This document shows, piece by piece, positions 8,854 to 18,014 of a DNA stretch of 64,000 bases. Under the pieces are notes generated by a model. That model worked only from the letters and a program-made list of their open reading frames with translations, searched no databases and was not told where the DNA came from. This DNA comes from an uncultured Candidatus Saccharibacteria bacterium (GTDB lineage Bacteria; Patescibacteriota; Minisyncoccia; Phycocordibacterales; UBA9973), in the NCBI GenBank assembly GCA_964527185.1, contig CAZGOI010000002.1, forward strand, positions 133,532-197,531. Direction: 5' to 3'. Position 1 is the first letter of the stretch; each line of letters opens with the position of its first letter. A program made the translations under genes and the position numbers.

Positions 8854-10565
8854 TGACAGGAGATTTATTTAAACCGCGACTAAAAATTTTATCTATATGT
8901 ATTCTTATTTTTGCTTTGGTGCTCGTGGCAAAGCTTTTTTTGGTGCAGATTGTTCACAGAAATCTTTATGCCGAACGAGCCGACAAGCAATACGCAACGC
9001 CAGCTGGCGATATTTTTGATCGTGGTTCTATATTTTTTTCTAAAAAAGATGGCACTCTGGTTGCGGCCGCGACCATCTCGTCTGGTTTTAAACTAGCCCT
9101 CAACACAAAAGAGATTGCCGACCCTGAAGCGATGTATAACTCGCTGAAAAATTATATATCGATGGATCACGACACTTTCATGTCTCACGCCACAAAAAAA
9201 GATGACCCATACGAAGAAATTGCGACGCATCTAACCAAAGAACAAGCCGATACTATCGACGGGCTACACCTGAAGGGACTCTCCATCTACAAAGACAATT
9301 GGCGATTCTATCCCGGCAACGACCTAGCTTCACAAACGCTAGGGTTCCTAGCGTTCAAAGACAATGACAAGGTCGGTCAGTACGGCCTCGAACGCTCTTA
9401 TGATAGGGTTTTATCGAAACCAAAAGACCAAGCATATGTAAATTTCTTTGCTGAAGTTTTTTCTAATCTAAAAAATTCAGTCGGAGACGGCGATGACGTT
9501 CAAGGCGACATCATCACCACTCTTGAACCATCGACAGAGCATACTTTGGAATCTGAATTAAAAAATGCGCTAGATACTTGGCACGCCGACCAAGCTGGTG
9601 GGATCATCATCAACCCACAAAACGGCGAGATATATGCCATGGCTGGTTTTCCAGATTTTGACCCAAATAATTTTGGCAGTGTCACAAATATCGATGCCTA
9701 TCGCAACCCAGATATAGAAAATGTCTATGAATTCGGCTCGGTCATCAAGCCGCTTGTCATGGCGGCGGCGCTTGACCAAGGAGTTTTAACTCCAGATACG
9801 ACATATACTGACTATGGCAAGGTTACTGTCAATAAAAAAGATATCTATAACTTCGACAAAAAAGCTCGCGGCCTCTCGACTATGCAGACAGTCCTCGACC
9901 AATCTCTAAACACCGGCATGGTCTTTGTCTCGCAAAAGCTTGGCCACGAAAACATGCGCACATACATGAAGGCCTATGGCCTCGGTGAAAAAACCGGCAT
10001 TGATTTGCCAGATGAAGTTTCTGGGCTCGTCAAGAACCTCGAGAGTCCGCGCGATATCGAATACGCCAACGCATCTTTCGGCCAAGGTATTGCCATGAGC
10101 CCAGTTGAGGTAGTCAGGGCATTTTCTTCAATCATAAATGGCGGTAACCTCATAACACCGCATATCGTAAAACAGATCAGGTCTAACGACGGCCTGTCAA
10201 AAACTATTGACTACCCGATAACCAGAAAGGGTATAATTAAAGAGGAGACTTCAAATACGATAAATAAAATGCTCGTCCATGTATTTGAAGCCTATGACAA
10301 TGGCACCCACAAGTTCGAGCACTATAGCGTCGGGGCAAAGACTGGTACCGCCCAGATTGCGATGGAAAACGGCCGGGGTTACTATACCGATAGGCACATG
10401 CACTCATTCTTTGGTTATTTTCCAGCCTATGACCCGAAATTTTTAGTTTTTTTATTTTTGGAAAATCCAAAACAAGTTAAATATGCTGCCCAGACTTTGA
10501 TACCACCATTTGTAAACATTACCCAGTTCCTGATGAATTATTACGATGTTCCACCCGACCGATAA
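8853..10565 (+). CDS. ftsI: Peptidoglycan D,D-transpeptidase FtsI (PBP3-like).
   Basis: N-terminal TM and motifs SVIKP (SxxK), SLN (SxN) and KTGTA (KTG). It sits in the dcw position after ftsL. Confidence 0.85.
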   Translation: MTGDLFKPRLKILSICILIFALVLVAKLFLVQIVHRNLYAERADKQYATPAGDIFDRGSIFFSKKDGTLVAAATISSGFKLALNTKEIADPEAMYNSLKNYISMDHDTFMSHATKKDDPYEEIATHLTKEQADTIDGLHLKGLSIYKDNWRFYPGNDLASQTLGFLAFKDNDKVGQYGLERSYDRVLSKPKDQAYVNFFAEVFSNLKNSVGDGDDVQGDIITTLEPSTEHTLESELKNALDTWHADQAGGIIINPQNGEIYAMAGFPDFDPNNFGSVTNIDAYRNPDIENVYEFGSVIKPLVMAAALDQGVLTPDTTYTDYGKVTVNKKDIYNFDKKARGLSTMQTVLDQSLNTGMVFVSQKLGHENMRTYMKAYGLGEKTGIDLPDEVSGLVKNLESPRDIEYANASFGQGIAMSPVEVVRAFSSIINGGNLITPHIVKQIRSNDGLSKTIDYPITRKGIIKEETSNTINKMLVHVFEAYDNGTHKFEHYSVGAKTGTAQIAMENGRGYYTDRHMHSFFGYFPAYDPKFLVFLFLENPKQVKYAAQTLIPPFVNITQFLMNYYDVPPDR

Positions 10566-10567
10566 TC

Positions 10568-11860
10568 ATGCAAAATTTTTTAAAAAAAATTGTTATAACA
10601 ATTCTAACTTGGCAAGCCCGAGTTGTAATTTTGCACTACAAGCCAAAGGTTATCGCTGTCACCGGTTCGGTCGGCAAAACTTCGACCAAAGACGCCATCT
10701 TCACCGCGCTGTCTCGTTTTAAAAAAGTTCGTAAGAGCGAGAAGAGCTACAACAGCGAGATCGGCATACCGCTGACTATCTTAGGTCTTGAAAATGGATG
10801 GAACAACCCATTGATTTGGCTGAAAAATATTATCAAAGGGTTCGGCAGGATGTGCTATGTCAAGACATACCCCGAGTGGCTCGTGCTTGAAGTCGGCGCC
10901 GGCAAACCAAAAGATATTACCAGTGTGACGGCCTGGCTTTCGCCAGATGTCGCTGTCATCACTCATTTTCCAGATCGACCGGTGCATATAGAATTCTTTG
11001 GCAATGTCGAAAAAATAATCGAAGAAAAAAGCGCACTGGCCTTCGCGCTTAAAAAAAATGGCACCCTCATTTTAAACCACGACGATGCCAAGGTCTACGC
11101 GTTGCACGAGAAAGTCGACCGCAAATCTGTCTCTTATGGCAAGAGCGAAAATTCTACATACAAGGCTACATACCCGTCGTACATTTATTCAAATGGCTCA
11201 AAAATTCCTTCTGGTATTAATTTCAAGCTAGTCTATGACGGCAATACGTTCCCGGTGACACTTCACAATATCATTGGCTTTCATTATATCGATTCGGCTC
11301 TGGCGGCGCTCGCTGTTTCAAACGAGATAGGTTGCGACCTGCTTGGGTCTATAGAGACTCTGGCCGCATATACTGCGCCTCCAGGCCGACTATCTTTGAT
11401 CGCTGGTATAAATGGCTCGACTATTATCGACGACTCGTACAATTCCTCGCCGCTGGCCACTATTGCTGCGCTCTCGACATTGAAAAATATTGAAGCAAAA
11501 AGAAAAATTGCTGTGCTTGGCGACATGCTCGAGCTTGGTAAAATTACAGAAGAAGCGCATAGAGAAATCGGCAGGGAAGCGAGAGACATTGTCGATATGC
11601 TAGTGACCGTTGGCCCGCGGGCAAAGTTTATCGCAAATGGGGCGCTCGATGCCGGATTTGCAAGCGACAAGATAAAAATTTTCGACAATTCTTTTCAAGC
11701 AGTTGAATTTTTAAAAGAAAATCTCTCTCAATCTGATCTTGTTTTAGTCAAAGGTTCGCAAGGTGTGCGACTTGAAAAAATTGTGGCCGCTATCATAGCC
11801 GAGCCAAATCTCGCGCCCAAACTTCTTGCAAGGCAAGATAAAGAGTGGCAGAATAGGTGA
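10568..11860 (+). CDS. murF: UDP-N-acetylmuramoyl-tripeptide--D-alanyl-D-alanine ligase MurF.
   Basis: TGSVGKTSTKDAIFTAL closely matches the MurF P-loop (E. coli TGSSGKTSVKEM) rather than MurE (GTNGKTT). The C-terminal VKGSQGVRLEKIV matches the MurF KGSRxxxxE motif. Confidence 0.8.
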   Translation: MQNFLKKIVITILTWQARVVILHYKPKVIAVTGSVGKTSTKDAIFTALSRFKKVRKSEKSYNSEIGIPLTILGLENGWNNPLIWLKNIIKGFGRMCYVKTYPEWLVLEVGAGKPKDITSVTAWLSPDVAVITHFPDRPVHIEFFGNVEKIIEEKSALAFALKKNGTLILNHDDAKVYALHEKVDRKSVSYGKSENSTYKATYPSYIYSNGSKIPSGINFKLVYDGNTFPVTLHNIIGFHYIDSALAALAVSNEIGCDLLGSIETLAAYTAPPGRLSLIAGINGSTIIDDSYNSSPLATIAALSTLKNIEAKRKIAVLGDMLELGKITEEAHREIGREARDIVDMLVTVGPRAKFIANGALDAGFASDKIKIFDNSFQAVEFLKENLSQSDLVLVKGSQGVRLEKIVAAIIAEPNLAPKLLARQDKEWQNR

Positions 11861-11869
11861 GCCAATATC

Positions 11870-11941
11870 GGCCTTATCGTCTAACGGTTAGGACACAAGC
11901 TTCTCAAGCTTGGAATCGGGGTTCGATTCCCCGTAAGGTCA
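11870..11941 (+). tRNA. tRNA-Glu (anticodon CUC).
   Basis: Cloverleaf folded by hand. Acceptor ggcctta/taaggtc with one G-U pair, D-arm tcgtctaacggttaggac, anticodon stem caagc/gcttg around loop ttCTCaa, and T-arm GGTTCGATTCC. The CCA end is not encoded. Confidence 0.8.
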
Positions 11942-12003
11942 CAATCTTAATTTTAACCTTGTCGTATAATGTTGGAATTGTTCCAATCTGATATAATCTT
12001 CCT

Positions 12004-12585
12004 ATGGATATTAAAAGACCAGAATCTAAACAACCCTTACCAAAAAATGCAAAACTTGTTTTTAACGGGATCATGTTTGACACATATCAATGGGAAGTTG
12101 AAGGATATGACGGTAAAAAGAGAGTTTTTGAAAAACTAAAACGTCCCGATACCGCGATGATTATTCCCGTCACGGATGACGGCAAAATTATAGTTGCTTT
12201 ACAAGAACAGCCACACAAACCTCCATTTATAGGAACAGTTGGAGGGAGGGTTGATGAAAGTGAAAATGCATTTGACGCTGCTAAGCGTGAACTTCTAGAA
12301 GAAACAGGTTATGAAGCAAAAGAATGGATTTTATTTGATGCAATACAGCCAGTAAGTAAAATTGAATGGGCAATCTATACTTTCATCGCAAAAGGTTGCA
12401 AAAAAGTTGCAGAGCAAAACTTAGATGGTGCAGAAAAAATTGAATTAAAATTCTTGAACTTTGATGAATTTATCAACTTAGCTGTAAATGATGATAAATT
12501 TGGGGATGAATTTAAAATCAAGATACTAGAGGCAAAATTAGATCAGAAAAAGATGACCGATCTGAAAAAAGCCTTATTTGACTGA
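12004..12585 (+). CDS. NUDIX hydrolase (ADP-ribose pyrophosphatase-like).
   Basis: Nudix box GGRVDESENAFDAAKRELLEETGY. Confidence 0.7.
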   Translation: MDIKRPESKQPLPKNAKLVFNGIMFDTYQWEVEGYDGKKRVFEKLKRPDTAMIIPVTDDGKIIVALQEQPHKPPFIGTVGGRVDESENAFDAAKRELLEETGYEAKEWILFDAIQPVSKIEWAIYTFIAKGCKKVAEQNLDGAEKIELKFLNFDEFINLAVNDDKFGDEFKIKILEAKLDQKKMTDLKKALFD

Positions 12586-12682
12586 GTATCAAATCCCAAT
12601 TCGTGATACAATGGGTCACAGAAAACTTAATTTTAAAAACAGGTTCATATTTATTTTATAAATAATCTACTTCAAATTAAAA

Positions 12683-12719
12683 ACGACCTGTCTCTAAACA
12701 GACAGGTCGTAATCTTTTT
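12683..12719. terminator. Bidirectional rho-independent terminator (11-bp stem acgacctgtct/agacaggtcgt) between convergent genes.
   Basis: Perfect inverted repeat with T-runs on both strands. Confidence 0.7.
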
Positions 12720-12730
12720 GTCAGATTCAG

Positions 12731-13288
12731 TTATCCGGCTGAATCATTTTTTATTTTTTCAGGATAAAGTTCTTTTACGTTATCTTTTCGCCATTCTTTT
12801 GGTGGGGTGATATACCATATACCACTGAGTGGCTTGTCCAACTCGTTTGCTATGACTAAAAGAAGTGTTACTACCAAAGTCCATGATCCAACAACTATCT
12901 GGCCTGTAAATTTAGAATCATAGGACACTAAGCCTAAAATAATTAATATGACTATGGCTAAGCATCCCAAAACGGAGTGGATAAGGGGATTGATATGGAT
13001 GTCTTTCTTCATAATAAATATTTCCCTATCTCTTTCTTGTGCGGATTTGCAGAGTATGCGAATCTCTTCGAAACGATCCCATACAGAACCCATAACCTGA
13101 GCAGCAAATATGCTGTATATAACCCCCAAAAGGCCTGCGCACCCAAACAGTGCAAAATCATCGTTGGCAGAAAAATTTGGCAGGTGTTTATAAAACAGAG
13201 CCCAAATATTACTAACTGCCCAAGCCAGAAAAGTAGGAATTAAGAAAATAAGTAAATATCGAAATCCAACAGCCAATGCCTTTTTCAT
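12731..13288 (-). CDS. Hypothetical polytopic membrane protein.
   Basis: ORF with about 5 hydrophobic helices; no catalytic motif recognised. Confidence 0.4.
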   Translation of the reverse strand: MKKALAVGFRYLLIFLIPTFLAWAVSNIWALFYKHLPNFSANDDFALFGCAGLLGVIYSIFAAQVMGSVWDRFEEIRILCKSAQERDREIFIMKKDIHINPLIHSVLGCLAIVILIILGLVSYDSKFTGQIVVGSWTLVVTLLLVIANELDKPLSGIWYITPPKEWRKDNVKELYPEKIKNDSAG

Positions 13289-13421
13289 AATTTTTGTATT
13301 TAGGTTTTAAAATATCGAAGTACTAACCACTATTATATAATATTTCCTTAAAAAGTCAATGTATTAAAATACTCCCAAAATTATGATAAAATTAGGTCAT
13401 TAAAATTATTCCCAACAAATT

Positions 13422-13775
13422 ATGACGACACTTCATGTTATCGGGCGGGTTGTTTTTGGCCTCTACTTCCTTTACTCGGGTTATGTGCATTTTAAAAATC
13501 AAAATGGATACACTAGCTATGCCAAGAGCAAGGGTGTGCCTTCGCCAAAACTTGCGGTGCTGATCTCGGGCGCGATGCTCATCGTCGGTGGGCTCGGCTT
13601 GGTGTTTGATATGCACTTGCGGTCTTCAGCGCTACTCCTAATACTATTTCTCGTGCCGACGACTTTCATGATGCACGATTTCTGGCGCTCGAAAGACCCA
13701 ATGCACAAAGCCAGCGAAAAAGTCAGCTTCACTAAAAATGTCGCCCTCATCGCTGCGCTCTTAATGTTCTTCTAA
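13422..13775 (+). CDS. DoxX family membrane protein.
   Basis: About 117 aa with 4 TM helices. FGLYFLYSGYVHF...MLIVGGLGLV is typical of DoxX. Confidence 0.65.
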   Translation: MTTLHVIGRVVFGLYFLYSGYVHFKNQNGYTSYAKSKGVPSPKLAVLISGAMLIVGGLGLVFDMHLRSSALLLILFLVPTTFMMHDFWRSKDPMHKASEKVSFTKNVALIAALLMFF

Positions 13776-14464
13776 TGTCTAAGTACGGCAGTCTATATAT
13801 CATCGCCACACCTATCGGCAACCTCGAAGATATCACTCTTCGGGCCATTCGCGTTCTCAATGATGTCGATTGCATTTTATGCGAAGACACTCGGGTGACA
13901 AGAAAATTGTTAGACAAATACAATATCAAAACAAAAACAATAAGCTACCACGCGCATAGCTCGAATAAAAAAGAGTCGGGTATCATTGATATGCTTGAGA
14001 GTGGTAAAAATCTTGCCCTAGTCTCTGACGCTGGCACCCCGACGATATCAGACCCTGGGGTGATGCTCATCGGCCATGTTATAGAAGCCCTCGGTAGCGA
14101 TATTCGCATAATACCTGTTCCAGGGCCAAGTGCGCTCGTCTCTGCACTCTCGGCTTCGGGTTTATCTTCGGCTACTTTTACATTCTATGGTTTTCTACCG
14201 CATAAAAAGGGAAGGGAAACGCTATTTAAAGAAATAGCCGCAAGCAAACGTATGTCGGTATTTTATGAATCAAGCCATCGAATTTCAAAAACACTAGAAT
14301 CACTCGAAAAATATATTCCAGATCGTGGTGTTGTCATCGCCCGTGAAATGACAAAAGTCTTCGAAGAATTTCTAAGAGGCAAGCCGAAAGAATTAATCAA
14401 ATTATTAAGAAGTGACAAGAACAAAGAAAAAGGCGAGTTTGTCGTTATTGTCGCGCCTAAATAA
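13775..14464 (+). CDS. rsmI: 16S rRNA (cytidine1402-2'-O)-methyltransferase RsmI.
   Basis: Tetrapyrrole-methylase fold with the N-terminal LYIIATPIGNLEDITLRA..ILCEDTR signature. Confidence 0.85.
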   Translation: MSKYGSLYIIATPIGNLEDITLRAIRVLNDVDCILCEDTRVTRKLLDKYNIKTKTISYHAHSSNKKESGIIDMLESGKNLALVSDAGTPTISDPGVMLIGHVIEALGSDIRIIPVPGPSALVSALSASGLSSATFTFYGFLPHKKGRETLFKEIAASKRMSVFYESSHRISKTLESLEKYIPDRGVVIAREMTKVFEEFLRGKPKELIKLLRSDKNKEKGEFVVIVAPK

Positions 14465-14483
14465 GTAGGGTATAATAATTGCC

Positions 14484-14699
14484 ATGAGAAAAGCGCGCAC
14501 ACTACTAATACTCGGGGTTCTCGTCATGATTATGCCATTCTCCGGCTTTCCAGCAGCCTGGAGGACATTTTTCTTCTTCTTGATCGGCCTCGCTATGATC
14601 TACCTCTCATATATAATCTACAGCCAAGTTAAAAAAAATATGCCCAAAGAAGAAAACAGGAATAAAGCGTTTGTTGACAACATAGGCAGCGGAGAGTAG
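14484..14699 (+). CDS. Hypothetical small membrane protein (71 aa, 2 TM).
   Basis: ORF with two hydrophobic helices. Confidence 0.3.
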   Translation: MRKARTLLILGVLVMIMPFSGFPAAWRTFFFFLIGLAMIYLSYIIYSQVKKNMPKEENRNKAFVDNIGSGE

Positions 14700-14703
14700 A
14701 AAA

Positions 14704-15936
14704 ATGAAATCACGAAAGAATAGAAATAGATTAATAATTTTTACCCTCACAGCCATAATTTGTGGGGTTGTTTATTTTGCAAAGACTATATTCTTTAGCA
14801 CTTTTTCATATTCGCATGAGGTGGCTCAAGATATCGCCCTAAAAGACGCTCCCCAAAGCACGAAACCAGCTGACGTCACCACAGTAACCGATAGCGCTAT
14901 TCTGCCAGCCTCTAGTAATCTAGTCCCCGTAACCCATATACCGACTCCAGACCACGTCAAAGCGGCCTATATATCAAGCTGGGTGGCCGGCTATTCAAAA
15001 TATCGCGACCCAATCATCAAACTCATAGACAATACCGAACTAAATACGATCGTCATCGATGTCAAAGATTCTACTGGTCGTATCGGTTTTCAAGTCGCCG
15101 ACCCAGAGCTAGCCAAAATGGGTTCGGTTGAGACTCGCATAAAAGATATCCGAGCGCTAACGAACATGCTCCACCAAAAAAATATTTATATCATCGGTCG
15201 AGTAGCTGTTTTCCAAGACCCATACATGACTGCCAAAAAACCCGAATGGTCCATCACCCGTAAAAGTGACGGCGCAGTTTGGAAAGACAACAAGGGGCTG
15301 TCGTTCCTTGACCCAGCCAATCAAAATGTCTGGAAGTACACAGTTGCGATTGCTCGCGATGCTTACAACGAAGGTTTCGATGAAATCAATTTCGATTACG
15401 TGCGCTATCCATCAGACGGTGATATCAAAAATATAAATTATCACATCGCAAAAGGCGTAACCCGGGCTGACAATATCGAAAGTTTCTTTAAATATTTATC
15501 AACCGAAGTTAAAAAAGATACAAGCGTTAAAATCTCGGCCGATTTGTTTGGTCTAACGACCGAGGCAACCGATGATATGGGCATCGGTCAAGTCTGGGAA
15601 AAAGCAATGCCATATTTTGATTTTATTGCGCCGATGGTCTACCCATCGCACTATCCACCAGGCCAAGATGGTTTCAAAAATCCCGCCAGCCACCCGTATG
15701 ACATCATCCACAAGGCTCTGCTCGGCGCTGTCGCAAAGACCAACGCTATGACAGGCCAAGATATAAAAAAGATTCGCCCATGGCTGCAAGATTTCAACTT
15801 GGGTGCTGTCTATACGGCCGACATGGTCAAAGCCGAGATGAAAGCAGTCTATGACAATAACCTCAATTCTTGGATGCTCTGGGACCCAAACAACAGATAT
15901 ACTCCGGGGGCGCTCGCACTTGAATCATCTCAATAA
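14704..15936 (+). CDS. Predicted secreted TIM-barrel glycoside-hydrolase-like protein (GHL/DUF4015-type).
   Basis: N-terminal TM or signal peptide. IVIDVKDSTGRIGF...FDEINFDYVRYP resembles glycoside-hydrolase-like families, but this is an uncertain family call. Confidence 0.4.
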   Translation: MKSRKNRNRLIIFTLTAIICGVVYFAKTIFFSTFSYSHEVAQDIALKDAPQSTKPADVTTVTDSAILPASSNLVPVTHIPTPDHVKAAYISSWVAGYSKYRDPIIKLIDNTELNTIVIDVKDSTGRIGFQVADPELAKMGSVETRIKDIRALTNMLHQKNIYIIGRVAVFQDPYMTAKKPEWSITRKSDGAVWKDNKGLSFLDPANQNVWKYTVAIARDAYNEGFDEINFDYVRYPSDGDIKNINYHIAKGVTRADNIESFFKYLSTEVKKDTSVKISADLFGLTTEATDDMGIGQVWEKAMPYFDFIAPMVYPSHYPPGQDGFKNPASHPYDIIHKALLGAVAKTNAMTGQDIKKIRPWLQDFNLGAVYTADMVKAEMKAVYDNNLNSWMLWDPNNRYTPGALALESSQ

Positions 15937-15956
15937 TTTTGCGATAATTAGCTCTG

Positions 15957-17177
15957 ATGAAACAATACCGATTAAGAATAATCTACGCCTTCTCTGCGCT
16001 AGTTGTCCTAGCCGGGGTTTTTAGTTTAGGGGCATATGTGGGTTATGCCCACAGGCCGGCCATAGACAAAGTCCTATCTATTTCGCATAAAGATACGCCA
16101 TTTCAAACTAGCGCTGATTTTGATTCATTTTGGAAAGTCTGGAATCTGCTAAATGAAAAATCAATCTACGCTAGTAAAACTTCTGACCAAGATAAAGTCT
16201 GGGGTGCGGTCAAAGGCTTGGCCGCTTCGCTCGGCGACCCATATACTGTCTTTTTCTCACCAGAAGAAAATAAATTGTTCAACGACGAGATCCACGGTTC
16301 ATTTAGTGGCATCGGGGCAGAGATCGGTGTTAAAGATAAAATACTTACAGTGGTGGCGCCGCTAAAAGGTAGCCCAGCCGCTCTCGCCGGTGTGAAATCA
16401 GGCGATATGATACTGAAGATCGACAAAACCGATACGCAAAATATGACCGTCGACCACGCTATCAACCTTATTCGTGGAGAAAAGGGGACAACTGTCGTTT
16501 TAACTATTCTTCGCCCGGGCGAGCGAACAACCAGAGATTTTACAATAACAAGAGACGATATCGAAATCCCGACTATCGACACCGAATTAAGACCCGACAA
16601 TATCTTTGTAATCAGGTTCTATAGTTTTTCTGAAAATTCCGATCAACTTTTCTCTGGTGCAATAAATAAATTTATACAATCTGGTTCTCATAAACTTGTA
16701 TTAGACCTGCGTGGCAACCCGGGTGGCTATCTAGACGCAGCCGTCAATATTGGCAGTCTGTTTGTGAATGAAGGTGACACAATTGTCAGTGAAGATTTTG
16801 GGCCAAATAAAAAACCAGAAATTTATCGCAGTCATGGGCCAAAATTGTTTAATAATAAATTAGGTTTTGTAGTTTTAGTAGACGGTGGTTCGGCATCAGC
16901 CTCGGAAATCCTCTCTGGTGCATTGCAAGAGCACCATATTGCAACGCTTGTAGGCGAGAAGACTTTTGGTAAAGGTTCTGTTCAAGAGCTCGTGCCGGTG
17001 ACCGACGATACATCGCTAAAAGTAACAATCGCTAGATGGCTGACCCCAAACGGCATATCGATCTCTGAACACGGTCTTGACCCAGATATCGTGGTTCCGA
17101 TAACGCAGCAAGACATCGACGCCAAGCACGACCCACAGATGGACAAAGCTGTTTCGATATTAGAAGCTAAACCATAA
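15957..17177 (+). CDS. ctpA: Carboxy-terminal processing protease (S41 family with PDZ domain).
   Basis: PDZ segment GIGAEIGVKDKILTVVAPLKGSPAALAGVKSGDMIL and S41 motif LVLDLRGNPGGYLDAAV. Confidence 0.85.
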   Translation: MKQYRLRIIYAFSALVVLAGVFSLGAYVGYAHRPAIDKVLSISHKDTPFQTSADFDSFWKVWNLLNEKSIYASKTSDQDKVWGAVKGLAASLGDPYTVFFSPEENKLFNDEIHGSFSGIGAEIGVKDKILTVVAPLKGSPAALAGVKSGDMILKIDKTDTQNMTVDHAINLIRGEKGTTVVLTILRPGERTTRDFTITRDDIEIPTIDTELRPDNIFVIRFYSFSENSDQLFSGAINKFIQSGSHKLVLDLRGNPGGYLDAAVNIGSLFVNEGDTIVSEDFGPNKKPEIYRSHGPKLFNNKLGFVVLVDGGSASASEILSGALQEHHIATLVGEKTFGKGSVQELVPVTDDTSLKVTIARWLTPNGISISEHGLDPDIVVPITQQDIDAKHDPQMDKAVSILEAKP

Positions 17178-17181
17178 TAAA

Positions 17182-17625
17182 ATGAAAGTAATATTGCTCA
17201 CCGATATCCCAAGAGTTGGCAACAGGTATGACGTCAAAGATTTTAAAGAAGGGTATGCCCAAAATGTTCTGATCTCTCGGGGTCTTGCCATCCTGGCGAC
17301 ACCGACCGAACTTGCTAAACTGGCCGAGAAAAAATCTAAACTCGAAAAAATTAAAAATGAGGAAGAGGAAACATTTGCTTTGCTCATCTCTGGTATTTCT
17401 GGCGCCTCGATAAAAATTTTCGCTAAAGCAAATGAAAAAGGACATCTATTCAAAGCCATCAGCCCCGCCGATGTTAGAGAAGCGCTAAGAGACGGATTAA
17501 AAATTGAAATAGATGAGGGTTCGATCATCGTGCCACACATCAAAGAACTCGGTACCCACAAAGTTACAATAAAAAAAGGTTCCCAAATGGGTGAGTGCCA
17601 GATAGTAGTTGAAGCTCTAAAATAA
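17182..17625 (+). CDS. rplI: 50S ribosomal protein L9.
   Basis: MKVILLTDIPRVGNRYDVKDFKEGYAQNVLI is a canonical L9 N-terminus. Confidence 0.85.
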   Translation: MKVILLTDIPRVGNRYDVKDFKEGYAQNVLISRGLAILATPTELAKLAEKKSKLEKIKNEEEETFALLISGISGASIKIFAKANEKGHLFKAISPADVREALRDGLKIEIDEGSIIVPHIKELGTHKVTIKKGSQMGECQIVVEALK

Positions 17626-17654
17626 AAAACCTCGAGCAGTTTGGAGATTTTTTA

Positions 17655-17927
17655 TTAAATAATATTTACAATTCTTTTTGTCGAAGTAGTATTATTGAAA
17701 TTTGTTTTTCTTTTTGTACTGAATTTAACAGTGCCAGATTTGAGTGCAAATAGGGTATGGTCTTTGCCGATGCCAACGTTTGACCCCGGCAATATCTTTG
17801 TTCCACGCTGTCGCACGATGATCGAGCCGGCTTTTGCCATCTCGCCACCATAGAGCTTTGTACCTAGGTACTTTGGTTTTGAATCTGTTAAGTTTTTGGC
17901 CGACCCACCGGCCTTTCTATGTGCCAT
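17655..17927 (-). CDS. rpmA: 50S ribosomal protein L27, with a C-terminal extension of about 20 aa.
   Basis: [28 protein letters not shown]... is a canonical L27 start. Confidence 0.85.
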   Translation of the reverse strand: MAHRKAGGSAKNLTDSKPKYLGTKLYGGEMAKAGSIIVRQRGTKILPGSNVGIGKDHTLFALKSGTVKFSTKRKTNFNNTTSTKRIVNII

Positions 17928-18014
17928 ATAATGCTAGTCTAAAACCTTTTTATTATTTATAATAAGTCTTGTGAGTATAGCTTATTTATTATTTAAAATC
18001 AAGCCAGAGTCCAT

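Noticed and set aside
17626-17654. Possible terminator between rplI and rpmA.
   Set aside because: It contains only the XhoI-like palindrome ctcgag and a T-run. No convincing stem was found, so it is not annotated.
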